Shown here one piece after another: positions 27,605-40,545 of a DNA stretch of 64,000 bases. The notes under the pieces were generated by a model that did no database searches, was not told the DNA's origin, and saw only the letters and a list, made by a program, of their open reading frames with translations. Every line of letters starts with the position of its first letter. Within the stretch, counting starts at the first letter, position 1. The DNA comes from the human T2T-CHM13v2.0 reference genome, Homo sapiens, in assembly GCF_009914755.1 (NCBI RefSeq), contig NC_060948.1. One strand, given 5' to 3'. The translations under genes and the position numbers were made by a program.

Positions 27605-29335
27605 CTTTTTAAAATGTTAGATTAAGGAGATAAATGAGCAGGTTTCTTACTTGGGTATATTGTGTGATGCTGAGGTTTTCACTTCTAATGATCTCATGGC
27701 CCAAATAGTGAACATAGTATCTAACAGGTAGTTTTCAATCCTTGTCCCCCTTCCTCATTCCTCCTCTTTTGGAATCCTCAGTATTTATCATTCCCATCTT
27801 TGTGTTCATCTGTATCCAGTATTTGGCTCCCACTTTTAAGTGAAAACATGTGGCATTTGTTTTTTTGTTTCTGTATTAATTCACTTAGGATAATGGCCTC
27901 CAGCTATATCCACGTTGTTTCAAAGGACATGATGTCATCCTTTTTTATTGCTGCATATTATTCCACAGTGCATATAGGCCATATTTTCTTTATCCAATCC
28001 ACTGGTGACAAGCACCTGGAATGATTCTGTTACCGGGGGTCCTTGCTCACAGAGCTCCCAAGATGGTGGTGAGCCGCTTCCAAGATGATGGCAAGCCTCG
28101 TGTTCTCTGACCTGGGGTTCTTGGCCTGACGGATTCCAAGGAATGGAATCTTGGGCCATGTGGTGAGTGTTATAGCTCTATTAGAAGCCGTGGGTCACGG
28201 AAGAGAACCGTGGAACCCAGTGACTAGTGTTCAGCTCGATTAGGATGAACCCAGGCACTTAGCCATGCAGGAACAATGGCAAACCTTTAGCCCGAACAGG
28301 AGTGGCAATGGGCGCCTTGCTGGATCAGGAGCACAGTGAACACCCTGCCGGATCCAGAGAGATGGAAGTCAGTGGTGGGTCTGTGACGGCAGCAAACAGC
28401 AGTCGTGGACAACGAGCGAAAGCTCAGGTCAAGCCATAACAAACACGGACCAGAAGAGTGCAGTTGCAAGATTTAATAGAGTGAAATAGAGTGAAAACAG
28501 AGCTCCCATACAAAGGGAGGGGACCCAAAGGGGGTGGCCATTGCTGGCTCGAATGCCTGGGTTTCTATCTTGATCATTGGCCCTCCCGCTGTGCTCCCAG
28601 GCAACAGATGATTGGCTATTTCTTTACCTACTGTTTTTGCCTAATTAGCATTTTAGTGAGCTCTCCTTACTATCTGATTGGTCGGGTGTGAGCTAAGTTG
28701 CAAGCCCTGTGTTTAAAGGTGGAAGAAGTCACCTTCCCAGCTAGGCTTAGGGATTCTTAGTCAGCCTAAGAAATCCAGCTAGTCCTGTCTCTCAATTCCA
28801 TGTCTTTGCTACTATAAATAGTACTGTGAAAAACATGTGAGGGCAGGTGTCTTTTTGGTAGAACAATTTATTTTCCTGTGAGTATATACTCAATATTGAG
28901 ATTGCTGGGTCTAATGATAGTTCTAGTTTTAGTTCTTTGAAAAATCACTGTTTCTCATAGATATTGAACTAATTTACATTTCCACAAGCAGTATATAAGC
29001 ATTCTATTTTCTCTGCAACCTCACCAGTATCTGTTATTTTTTGACTTTTTAATAATTGCCATTCTGACTGGTGTGAGATAGCATCTCATTGTGGTTTTGA
29101 TTTCCATCTCCCTGATTATTAGTGAGCATTTTTTCATATGTTTGTTATTGAGAAGTATCTATTCTTTTGACAAGTACCTGTTCATGTCCTCTGCCCACTT
29201 TTTAATTAGGTTATTTCTTTTTCTTGTTGATTTGTGTAAGTTTCTTGTAGATTCTGAATATTTTGCCTTATTCAAATTATGCATAGTTTGCAAAATTTTT
29301 CTCCTATTCTATAGGTTGTCTGTTAAAATGTGTAA
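27605..29335 (-). mobile_element. L1PA16/L1PB-like 3' end, interrupted by LTR17
   Basis: TTGGGTATATTGTGTGATGCTGAGGTT, TAAGTGAAAACATGTGGCATTTG, TCACTTAGGATAATGGCCTCCAGC; resumes ATTCCATGTCTTTGCT after the LTR. Confidence 0.9.
28028..28794 (-). mobile_element. HERV-W solo LTR (LTR17), full length
   Basis: Minus strand begins TGAGAGACAGGACTAGCTGGATTTCTTAGGCTGACTAAGAATCCCTAAGCCTAGCTGGGAAGG (HERV-W U3); 767 bp, TG...CA; 4-bp TSD ATTC at 28024-28027 and 28795-28798. Confidence 0.95.
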
Positions 29336-29739
29336 TTTCTTATCATATGTTTTCTTATTCTACATAAGTTTTTACTTTTATATCTAATTTATTAACCATT
29401 TTGTATTCTTTCTCTTGAATACTTCTCTTTGAAGTGGACTCTTATATTGTGCAAATTTCAGTCCTCTCAAAATCTAGATGATCTCTGGCAAAACTGTATT
29501 CTTGGAAGGAGAAGAAATGAATATAGTCCTGGCTTTACTGTGCTGTTGACTTGGTTTTTGACCCAAAAGAAGTTATTTAACCTAACGAGGCCTCTTTTAC
29601 AATAACTTTAAAATAAAGCTATAGCTTTTAAGGACCCTTTTATCATGCTGACAATCTGGAATTTTTCCTAAGCCTCATGCTCTCAGGAAACAACTCAAGT
29701 TAAAACGATCCTATCATTTTTTTGTTTTGCAAAATGGAT

Positions 29740-30305
29740 TACTGGAAAGAACCATCCTTCCTCATATGACTTTGATAAGACTCAACAATGGCTGCTTCCT
29801 TGCTTAACTGATAACAAGACTCCATAAAGTCCCTCCAAATCCCTTTTTTTTTTTTGCCTTATAAATGATTGGCTGAAATGTTTTATCCACAAAGATCAAC
29901 AGGAATAAAATACCTGTTAACGCAACTTAGGCTTCTTTCCTTCCTCCAGACCCCTGTACATTGGTCTACCCTCAGCCTGAGACAACAGGGAAACCCTCCT
30001 CATAATAGTCTGGCCTCAGGGTAAAACATTCTGTGATCTACTATTGTCTCATACCACCCTTTCATCCTACTTCCCCCACACTGGGGTTCTTTCAAGCCTT
30101 GTTTTCTTCTCTCTGTAAGAAAAAAAACAAAAACAAAACCAAAAACAAACAAACAAAAAACCATTTCTGCCTAATTCTTGAAACACTGGCAGACCTTACA
30201 GTCAGCATTCACCCTACTCCAGTAGTCCTTCTCCCCTCCCTTGCAATAATCCTTTTGAATAAAAGTCTCTCCTTACTCATTCTGGATTTGCTTTTTATTT
30301 GGCAA
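29740..30305 (+). mobile_element. ERV1 solo LTR (MER67-like)
   Basis: TTGCAATAATCCTTTTGAATAAAAGTCTCTCCTTACT...TTTTATTTGGCA U5 end; GGCCTCAGGGTAAAACATTCT. Confidence 0.65.
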
Positions 30306-31673
30306 TGCAAAAAATGTGCCTGTTAAAGGGTTAGAGAAATGAAGCCAGCATGTTATCTGAAAATCTCAAAATTCTACTCTTTTTATGAGTGAAGCTACTG
30401 AACAAGTAAACAGCATAGTTCTCTTAACCCAATATTTAATCAGTTTTATACACTGAAAAGGCTCCATTTATGGCTGAGTCTTTTATTAAAACCAGTTGTA
30501 CAATGAATGCCTATCTAAACATTGTGCATTATTACAAGAAGAGTTTTTCTGAATTGCAAATTTCATGAAAGCTTGTGTTATGCTATCCCTGTATAACTAA
30601 TGTAACATTTGGGAACAAATATATTTCTTTTATAACAAAATTCAAATGTTGAAATAGCTTAAATATCCTCAGAAATAGAGTACTATTCTCTGCATTTCTC
30701 TTTGGTGAAATTCTCTAGATGTCCTGTAAATGTCACTTCCTACAGCAAAGTTTTGAAAGCATTAAGCACCCCTGGAAAGCCAGATCACAAAACATACAAA
30801 AGGATATTAAAACACAGAAACTTTAAACATATTAGTGTTAGAAACTTTGTTTTAACTAAGTACTTTCTCTTATTATGCTTCTGCGTATCAGTTGCAAAAC
30901 GTTTACACCACCTACAGCAACCTTAGACGAAAGGATTTAAAGTAAGCATGTCAATAGTGGTTCACAAAGCAATTAAAAAATATATATATGATTTCCTATC
31001 TTTAAAATAATTTTAGATGGTGTTTTAATCTTTGTTAGAAAGTACAGAAGACACTTTTTTTGTTTTCTTTTAATTTTTTTTACATGTATTTGTTTGTGAA
31101 TCTTCTGTCTCTACTAGACCAAGAGCTACTTACTGGCAGAAAATAATTTTAATTTCTCTCTGGCTCAGTATTGAGTAGAGGCTGATAAATGTTTGGGACA
31201 GAAGGACAAAAGATATTTCACTCTGTTCACTTGCATTCTTCTTACTTTTTCTAAGTATTTTTCTCCTTTTACTGCTGCTTTCTCTGTTTTTGCAAAATAT
31301 TTCCAAGACATGAAAGAGCATTCCTTACAATACATGCCCAGTTTAAAAACCACAGAGGAAATATGTAATTATACACCCATCACTGAGATTAAAATACAAG
31401 ATTAACTATTATATCTAAAACCCTTGAATATCTCTCAAATTGAGCCCTCTTTTGCACTCTCAGCTGTAACCACTAATCTAAAACTTATTTTAATTATTCT
31501 TTGCTTCACTTTATAATTCTTCCACATGTAAATATATCTTTAAACCTTATATCATCTAATTTTACTTGCATTTGACAGTAACATAAATAGAATTATACTG
31601 CACTTGTTTGTTTGACTGAACATAAGTCATTGAGATTCATTGTGAGGTACATTCATCTTCCTTTTGTATGGCT

Positions 31674-31842
31674 CAGCTACACAAAGTGTGTTCCCATTCC
31701 CTGGACCAACAACATTGAGATCACCTAGAAATTTGTTAGAAATGTAGAATCTTTGGCACCACTATCAAATCCTTGAGTACAAATTTCATTTAACAAGATT
31801 CCCAGGAGATGCACACTCACAGTAATATTTGAAAATCACTTC
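31674..31842 (+). mobile_element. MER5A-like hAT MITE
   Basis: CAAAGTGTG...ATCACCTAGAAATTTGTTAGAAATGTAGAATCT...TTTAACAAGATTCCCAGG. Confidence 0.75.
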
Positions 31843-31954
31843 ATTGTTTGATTATAGCATAATATATTCATTATATTGTTTGTATAATATCATTGACATT
31901 AATTGTCTTGTCTGTGATACTTGGTTGATTTCATTTATTTTCCATAAAAATCTC

Positions 31955-32990
31955 TGTATTTATTCAACAAATATATATTATGTGCTTACTACATGCCAAG
32001 CATTGAAATAAATGCTTAGGATCCTTCAGAGAATAAAACAGAAAAAAATCCTGCTTTTGTGGTGCTTACATTCTAATGAGGGTAAAAGGCAAAAATCATA
32101 TATAATAAACGTATTTCATGTTATAAAGTGATAAGCACTTGCTATAGATGGAATTGTGACCCCCAAAATTTATATGTTAAAGCGTTAACACCCACTACAT
32201 CAGATGTAATAATATTTGGAGTTAAGGTCTTTAAATTGGTAATTAAATTAAAACAAGTCTGTAAGGATAGTCCCTTATACAATCCAACTGGTTTCCCTAT
32301 GAGAAAAGGAGACTGGGACACAGAGACAGACACCAGGGATAAGCAATCACACAGGAAAGGCTACTGAGTGCAGCAAGAGGTTGGCTCTCTGAGGGCTAAG
32401 GAGAGAAGCCTCAGAAAAAAAAAATCAACTTTGCTAACATCTTGATCCTGGATTTCTGCCTCCAGAACTGTGAGAAAATGAATTTGTGTTGGCTAAGCCA
32501 CACAGTCTGTGATGTTTTGTTATGGTGGCCCTGGCAAACCAATACAGTGCTTAAATAAAGAAGCAAGATAAGATGGATGAGAGTGCCAGGAATGGGGATG
32601 AGAACAATTTTAAGTAGAGTGGTCAGAGTAAATTGCATTGACAAGGTGTCCTTTGATCAAAACCCAAAAGGTGTTAAATGAATTTCATGAGGCTCCAGTC
32701 ATAGGGTGAAAAATGTAAGTAGGGAGTGTTTAGTGGATATTTTCATGGGAGAGCAAAAAAGTCAGTACAGCTGGAAGAAAAGTGAACAAGAGGGAGAACA
32801 GTGGGAGATGAGTTCAGAGAACTAACAGGACTTTGGTTTTTAATGCAACTGAAATGGGGTGATATTGCAGTTTTAGCAGACATGTAATATGACATTTGTA
32901 AAGTACCATTCTGGTTGCTGTGTGGAGGTATAATGCAGACAGCAAAAGGTGAAGCAGTGGGACCAGGTAGGGCTAAATTTCTGAAAGTCA
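31955..32990 (-). mobile_element. L2 3' region, interrupted by MLT1
   Basis: ATTTATTCAACAAATAT...TACTACATGCCAAGCA...GCTTACATTCTAAT; later GGAGATGAGTTCAGAGA. Confidence 0.8.
32140..32546 (+). mobile_element. MaLR solo LTR (MLT1B/C-like)
   Basis: TGCTATAG...GCCTCCAGAACTGTGAGAAAATGAATTT...AATACA; TSD GCACT/GTGCT, consistent with CpG decay of GCGCT. Confidence 0.85.
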
Positions 32991-33120
32991 ATAACATATA
33001 ATTTGCATATAAATTATCATTATTAATATTATCTTAATAGAATTAAGATACTAGGAAGAAAAAAAGTGAAAAGCTGAAATTATATATTTGCAACAAATGA
33101 TCTGCCAAAAGATCATTACT

Positions 33121-33198
33121 ATAGGTTGGTGCAAAAGTAATTGAGATTTTTGCCATTAAAAGTACACAAAAAATCACAATTACTTTTGCACCAAACAT
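33121..33198. mobile_element. MADE1 (Hsmar1-derived MITE)
   Basis: TAGGTTGGTGCAAAAGTAATTG...CAATTACTTTTGCACCAA, ~80-bp palindrome matching MADE1. Confidence 0.93.
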
Positions 33199-33199
33199 A

Positions 33200-33745
33200 G
33201 TAATGACCTTTCAGCAGATTATTTCTTGCAAATATATACTTCCAGCCTGTCACATTTTTTTTCTTTCTGGTATCTTAATTTTAAGGCCTGATTTTTGTTT
33301 TATGTTTAACCCTTTTTGTGTCTTGCTTATGAAACCTTCCCCACTTCAAGACCATAAAGCTACTTTTTTCTTATAAGCTTTAAAACTTAATTGTACAGAT
33401 ATGTTATTATTTCATCTGGAATTAAATTTTGTATATAGTTTTAGGTAAAGAATTCATTTTATTTTATTTTCCACACAACCAATTGTCTAGCACCATTTTT
33501 CAAATAGTGCAGTTAATACTTATCTGCAATACCGGCTCTGTCATATGTAAAGTTTATGTAAATGTTTGGTCTATTTATGAGCTTTTTTATTAGATTTGTT
33601 GGTCAGTTTGTCGATTCTGGCTAATTCCACATTGTCTTAATCTACCTTTTAAATAAATCTTTATTTCTGTTATGTCTCCAACTTTGTTCTTAACAGTGGT
33701 TTATTCTTTTTTCTTTACATTCACGTAATTTTTAGAATAAATTTC
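33200..33745 (-). mobile_element. Ancient L1M ORF2 3' fragment
   Basis: TTGCAAATATA, TCATCTGGAATTAAATTTTGTATATAG and CAATTGTCTAGCACCATTT reverse-L1 motifs. Confidence 0.65.
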
Positions 33746-33746
33746 C

Positions 33747-34450
<704 letters not shown>

Positions 34451-34744
34451 GTGTCGTTTCCCAATTGTATAATAAATCTTTTACCAGACATTGCATCACA
34501 GTTCCTCTCTCCCTATTAACCTAGGTACTACTTCTAGGACATAATGGATTACAAGCCTAGGTGACTAGCAGCACTTAATAGAAACAGGCTTGTTTTGTAA
34601 ACATCTGAAAGTCTGAGAAAGCTCAACTTGAGTAGTAAAAGGTTGAAACCACGTAACCATAAAGTTATAATTTGTGTTATTACACTTTTACTTCTCCGCC
34701 TCCTCTGCTTCATTGTTATTTTCATTATGTCATTAATACAACAG

Positions 34745-34960
34745 AAGTAAATAATATTTATTGAGTGTTGAGTACTTCTTTAATTACTTTAGATATATTT
34801 TGCCTAATCTTCTTTATACTCCTATAGGATATATAATGATAACTACTTTAACATATGAGAAATGAGGATCAGAGAGGTTAAGTAGAGTGTCCACATTCAG
34901 GTACCTGGGAAAGGAGTGAAATACAGAATTAAGATAATCAAAGCCACATTATTTTACATG
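34745..34960 (-). mobile_element. MIR fragment
   Basis: TATTTATTGAGTG...ATGAGAAATGAGGATCAGAGAGGTTAAGTA core. Confidence 0.6.
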
Positions 34961-36091
34961 CAAAAGTTTTGCTCAGTCTTTGTTAATTTCCTAAATTAGA
35001 AACAAATGGCCTTGCAGTTGCTACTTCATTTTCTGCTTTTGATACTGCCATATAGAAATTTAGTATTTAAAATAAAAATAATACTAGACAGCATGACTAG
35101 CTTCAGAGAATTATCAATGATTTAATCTTTAGTTACCTGACACCTGAATTACTATAGATTCCTATTGGGCACACTCTGATGTCATTTTATAAAGGTAAAT
35201 TATTTCCTCTTCAAAGTTGTGACCTATCTCATAAAAGTGTCATAAGAATTAACTAATTAAAGATCAAAGAGCACTTTGAGAATGTATTATACTATGTAAA
35301 TACTGAGTATTGAAAAGACAAATTCTAGAGGTTAGCAAAATACTAATGTGTCAACACCAGTTCTTTTTTGCAAGGTTTTGTTTTTCATCCTTGTTCTTTT
35401 ATGTTGTAAAATATGTATTGAAACATTTGTCATAAAATATCTTGCTGCTAAATGTAAGAAAGCGTAACAGGTTTTACTTTTTCAAAATTAATAAATATTC
35501 ACATTTTATTTTAAATCACAATGGTTCTCATGAAACTGAAATTATATTATTCCAGAAGTAATCAGAGCCTTTTAGAAGTAATTGGAGTCTTTTTGGAAGT
35601 ACATTTTATAAATCCTATTAAGTGGTCATTTTTCTTATGGTTCTTTCTTTTAGCAAAGTAAATTTGTTATTTAATTATCTTTAATCTTTAAAGGAATTAT
35701 TCAAATATGTCCAAGCTTTATTAAATAATAAGTACTGGGGCATTATAGTAAATTATTAGAAAGTATAAATGATAAAATGTGTGCTATTTTGAGCATGTTT
35801 AGACTTCATAACTATATCTACACATAAAATATCATAATAAAAACCAATTATTGAAAAATATAAAATCACACATGAGATTATGTAGAAATTTTAAAGAAGC
35901 TTGGGAATTGCCTCCACTTCAGTATACATCATCAAAGCACGTTTTAGATACCTGCAAATAGTTCTTTGGCTTTGAGATTTAGTATCGCCAAAAAAAAGTC
36001 TGAAAATTAAATGTTTCTAAGGTCTGATAGGACATTTTGCTTGTTTTCACAGATGAAAAATTTTAGTAAAAATATATTCTTAAATAAGACA

Positions 36092-36114
36092 TGTATTAGG
36101 GTTCCCTGGGGATG

Positions 36115-36178
<64 letters not shown>

Positions 36179-36670
36179 CTATTGGTTATATAGGCTATTG
36201 ATCTATCAATATATCAGAACATACATGTGCATCAAGAGAATTATAATGAAGAATTGGCTCATGAGACTGTGGAGACTAAGTCCCATAATCTGCTAAATAC
36301 AAATTGGAATCCAAAGAAGGCCAATGGAGTAATTCAGTCCTGGACTAAAGGCCTGAGAACCAGTGGAGCCAAGGGGGGTATAATTTCCAGTCTGAGAATC
36401 AAAGAAAATGAGTTGAAATGTTTCGGTCATTGTAGCAGGGAAAAAATAAAAATAAAAAGAGTGAGTTACTTTTTCCTCCCCCTTTTGTTCTATTTAGGCC
36501 CTCAGGAGATTGGGAGATGCCCACTCACAATGGAGATCCACAATCTACTGATCCACCAATTCAAATGCTAATCTCAACTGGAAAGACCCTCACAGACACA
36601 CTAGGAAATTACGTTTAATCTGGGCACCCCATGGCCAGTCATGATGACACATAAAATTAACCATCCTAAT
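36092..36670 (-). mobile_element. MLT2 LTR (3' LTR of ERVL provirus)
   Basis: TGTATTAGGGTTC start, GAATTGGCTCATG, AAAGGCCTGAGAACC, ACCCTCACAGACACAC, ACACATAAAATTAACCATC. Confidence 0.9.
36118..36175. repeat. (AT)29 microsatellite inside the MLT2 LTR
   Basis: Pure 58-nt AT run. Confidence 0.98.
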
Positions 36671-39600
36671 TACACTCCTTGTCCATTCGGCACCCATATG
36701 CATCTCCTTAAACAATACTTAATCTTCAAGTAAAGATTATAACAAGATCATAACACTGCCTAACATGATACAAGTACCATGCAAAAAAACAAAAACATGC
36801 TTACTTCTTCCCAAAAGGGGAGGCAAATTCTTTGGTCGATGTTTACTCTTCTCCTTGACATCATGTAACCTAAATACTATGATGTAACATGATGTAAAAT
36901 TAACAATACTAAAATGAAATTTGTATGAATTAAAATCAATACATTTTATGTTACATCATAAGGGAATAAGAAAGCAAAACACAACAAAGATTTTACACAC
37001 ACACACGTACACACGAATATATGAATGTACTCATAGGAAATTAAGGAAAAATTGGTTATGACAATTATAATTCTCCTTTCTGTAACTGATCACATGGTCA
37101 TAGCTGTTATTTATAACTATCTTCTTCCACTACCTATTTTCTATTCTCTTTGACTTCAGCAAGCACCTCAACTGAAGTTTGGGTGTTCAATGAAGCACCC
37201 AAAGTTCATTGCTGAAGAGTCTGGGCCATTAGTAGTCCTGCTTAGATGGATTGTTACAGGTTTCTATTTAGATTGTTATAGTTGTCCATTCAAGTTAATC
37301 ACAAGGCACGGGGATATTAAGAGACACCATAAGAGATCTCCTGTATTCTAGACATACTCTTCCTTATCTCCATTACGGAGTAGCAGTCCAATATCTCCCT
37401 TGGTAATCAGGATCAATCATCTCAGCCAACATTGTAACTTCCATCTTTGTTGATTTGGAGATGTGAAGAGCCCTAAGAGGCCAGGTGGAAGTCTTAATTT
37501 CAAGTTCAATGAAATCATTGTTACCTCTCCTGGTGGAAGCATTCCTCCCGCAGGAACTAAGACCTCTAGGCCAGCAGAGCATAAAATCACAGAAACAGGA
37601 AGCAAAATCTTGCTGGTTGGTCACTATGGATGCTAGTGAACATTGTCACTCCAGTTCTACCACTTGATTCTTGGACCCATGAGTCCTGGCTATGAGAAAA
37701 ACAGCACCATATATTGGACACTGATTCACAGCACAGCCTTCTGGAAAACCTTTCCCCAGGCTTGCACGGTGTTTACATTTAGCTGTTGTAACTGAGTCTT
37801 CAAAAGGCTATTCCACTGTTCCATCAAGCCAGCTACTTCAAGATGGTATGCATCATGGTAAGGCCAATGAACTTCATGGTCATGGACCTATCTATTGTCA
37901 CATTTATTTTGCTGTAAACTGAGTTTCTTGATCTAAAACAACAGTGTGTAGGGTGTCATAACAGTGACTGAGACATTTTGTAAGTCCCCAAATGGTAGTT
38001 TTGGCAAAAGAACTGCATGCAGAGAAGGCACATTAATTTCCAGAGTAAGTGTTTATTCCACAAACAATAAAATGCAGCTCCTTTCTTGATGGAAGTGGTC
38101 AAATGTAATCAACTTGCCAACAGGTAGTTGGCTGATTACCCTGGGTAAAGGTATCATCTCGGGGACTCAGTTCTTTTTGATGGCAGACTGGACACTCAGT
38201 GGTGGTCATAGCCAAGTTGCCCTTGGTGAGTTAAAAGCCATGTTGCTAAGCAAGTCTCCATTTCTGCTGCCATGGCCACTTCGTGAACCACTGAGCAACG
38301 ATGGTGTGGCAGGGGAAAGAGGCTGACTAGTATCTGGAAAATGGGTATTCTATCCACTAACCATTAAAATTATTTGCTGAGGTCTCTTGTTAGCGAGTAA
38401 TCACATAAGACACAAAGCCTTCATAATTTTTGCCCATTCAGAGAGGTCTAACCACAAACCTCTTCCTCACATGTCTGTCATCAATTTTACAATTATGTTC
38501 CTTCCAAGTCCCTGACCAACTAGCCAAACTACTGGTCACAGCCCATGAATCAGTATGCAATTGCACCTCTGGCCATTTCTTCTTCCAAGCCAAGTGAATA
38601 ACTGGGTGCACTGCTCCAGGTTATGCCCACTGAGAAAATTTCCCTTTGCCACGCTCCTTCAGGAATATACCAGAGGGGGGCAGTAGATCTGCAGCTGTTG
38701 ACTTTTGAATGATGCCTGCATATTATGCAGGTGTAAACAGGGTTTAAGTTTTCTCTGCCTTTGTCAAAGGATCATAAGTTATTCACCACGAGGTCATACG
38801 TAAAGGGTAAAAGAGAGAAAGTAGCATAGTAGGAATAAGGACAATAGGTACCTGACCCACTTCTTCACGTAACTTACTTGCGTCTCAGGATCTTCTCAGG
38901 CCAAGTAATTCATATGTCACTTCTGTTTGATGATGTAGTGTTGCTGTGCATGCTCAGTTGTATGAGTTTTCTGGTTAGATAACACCCATTTTATGATGCG
39001 AAGCTTAGGTTACATGGTAAATTGGTGGAGACGGTTAAGCGTTCAGTCTCTACTAAAGGCTAGTCACAGGCCAAGAACTGTTTCTCAAAAGGAGAGTAGT
39101 CATCTTCAGAGGATGACAGGATCTTGCTCCAAAATTTTAAAGACCCCCACTGCACCTATAGGAGGTGGCCAAGGGCTTCAAATAGTATTCCTATCTGATG
39201 AATGATATGGTGCAAGTGGAAGAGCAGCTTGCACTTAGGACTGAACTTATTACAGAGCCATCTCTTATTGTGAGTCCCACTCCAAATCAACAGCTTCTCT
39301 AGTCACTTGGTAAATGGGCTGAAACTACACACTCAAATGAGGAGTATGTGGCCTTCAAAATCCAAAGAGTCCCGCTAGGAGTTGTACCTACTTCTTGGTT
39401 GTTGGAAGGGCCAGATGCAACAACTAATCCTTCACTTTAGCAGGAATATCTCAAGAGGCCCCACTCATACCACTGTACCCCAGAAATTTGACTGAGGTAG
39501 AAATCCCATGGAATTTAGTGAAATTTATTTTCTGTCCTCCCTGACATACAGATGTCTTATCAATAAGTCTAGAGTAGGCAGTACCTCTTCCTCACTAAAT

Positions 39601-39880
39601 CCATTCAGCACAATATCATCAATGTAATGGACCAGTGTGCTATCTTGTGGAAGGGAAAGGTGATCAAGATCCCTGTTAACTAAATTCTGACATCGGGCTA
39701 GGGAGTTGATATAACCCTGAGGCATGACAGTGAAGGTGTACTGGTGGCCTTGTCAGCTGAAAGCAAACTGCTCTGGTCAGCCATAAGGACAGGTTTGGAG
39801 AAAAATCATTTACCAGATCAATGGCTGCATACTACGTATCTGGGGATGGCTTAATTTGCTGAAACAATGAAAACACAGAC
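36671..39880 (-). mobile_element. ERVL internal region (3' half of pol plus dUTPase); gag/pro deleted
   Basis: Flanked by two MLT2 LTRs with shared 5-bp TSD AGACA (36087-36091, 40159-40163). Confidence 0.9.
37373..39870 (-). pseudogene. Degraded ERVL pol (RT-RNaseH-integrase) and dUTPase
   Basis: [10 protein letters not shown]...[10 protein letters not shown] (39525-39725); integrase HLEVAGLMEQWNSLLKTQ (~37795-37850); dUTPase-like CSAGLEVLVPAGGMLPPG...LKLRLPPGLLGL (37417-37605); many stops and frameshifts. Confidence 0.88.
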
Positions 39881-40158
39881 AGTCTGAGGGCTAAAGAAGA
39901 TGAAATGAGATGATCTAGCTCAAACTGTGAGGCAGAAAAAAACAGTCTAATTTATCATTCCTTGTTTCTTTGTTATATTTAGGGCCTCAGTGGATCAGAT
40001 AATGTCTGTCCACTTTGGGGAGGCCAATCTATTTTATTGAGTCCACTAATTGAAATGCTAATTTCACTCAGAATTACCCTCATAGACATGCCTAGAAATA
40101 ATGTTTAATCTGGATACTTCATGGCCAGTCAGATTGAGACATACAATTAACCATTACA
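39881..40158 (-). mobile_element. MLT2 LTR, partial (U3 part of the 5' LTR)
   Basis: Homologous to 36390-36670 (AGTCTGAG, TCCAC, AAATGCTAAT, ACCCTCA, GTTTAATCTGG, CATGGCCAGTCA, AATTAACCAT); ends in CA followed by the TSD. Confidence 0.88.
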
Positions 40159-40359
40159 AGACATAACTGTTAATTCAGAGTGACTTACACGCATATTATA
40201 AACAAGAAGTTAGATTTAACTTCCCAAAAAAGAAGAATAAAAAGATGGCAAATGTTTGGGTCATCACGATGTAAGTGGCCTTATTAAAACCCTTGAAATG
40301 CAAGGTGAGGTAGTAATATATTAAATTGTTTACATTTTTCTTATTATGTTTATTTAATA

Positions 40360-40545
40360 AACACTTTAGTAACACTTATGTTAATCACAGTTTTAAGTAT
40401 CATAAAAACATTCATTTGATTCTTATTTCAATTGTATAAATTAGTTACTATTATTACTCACATTTTACAGACAACTCTTTAAGTAACTCGTCCAAAGTAA
40501 CACATTTAAAGAGTGACAGAGCCCAAGCAGGCAGAGTCTGGAGTG
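40360..40545 (-). mobile_element. MIR fragment
   Basis: TACTATTATTACTCACATTTTACAGA...TTAAGTAACTCGTCCAAAGTAACACA. Confidence 0.6.
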
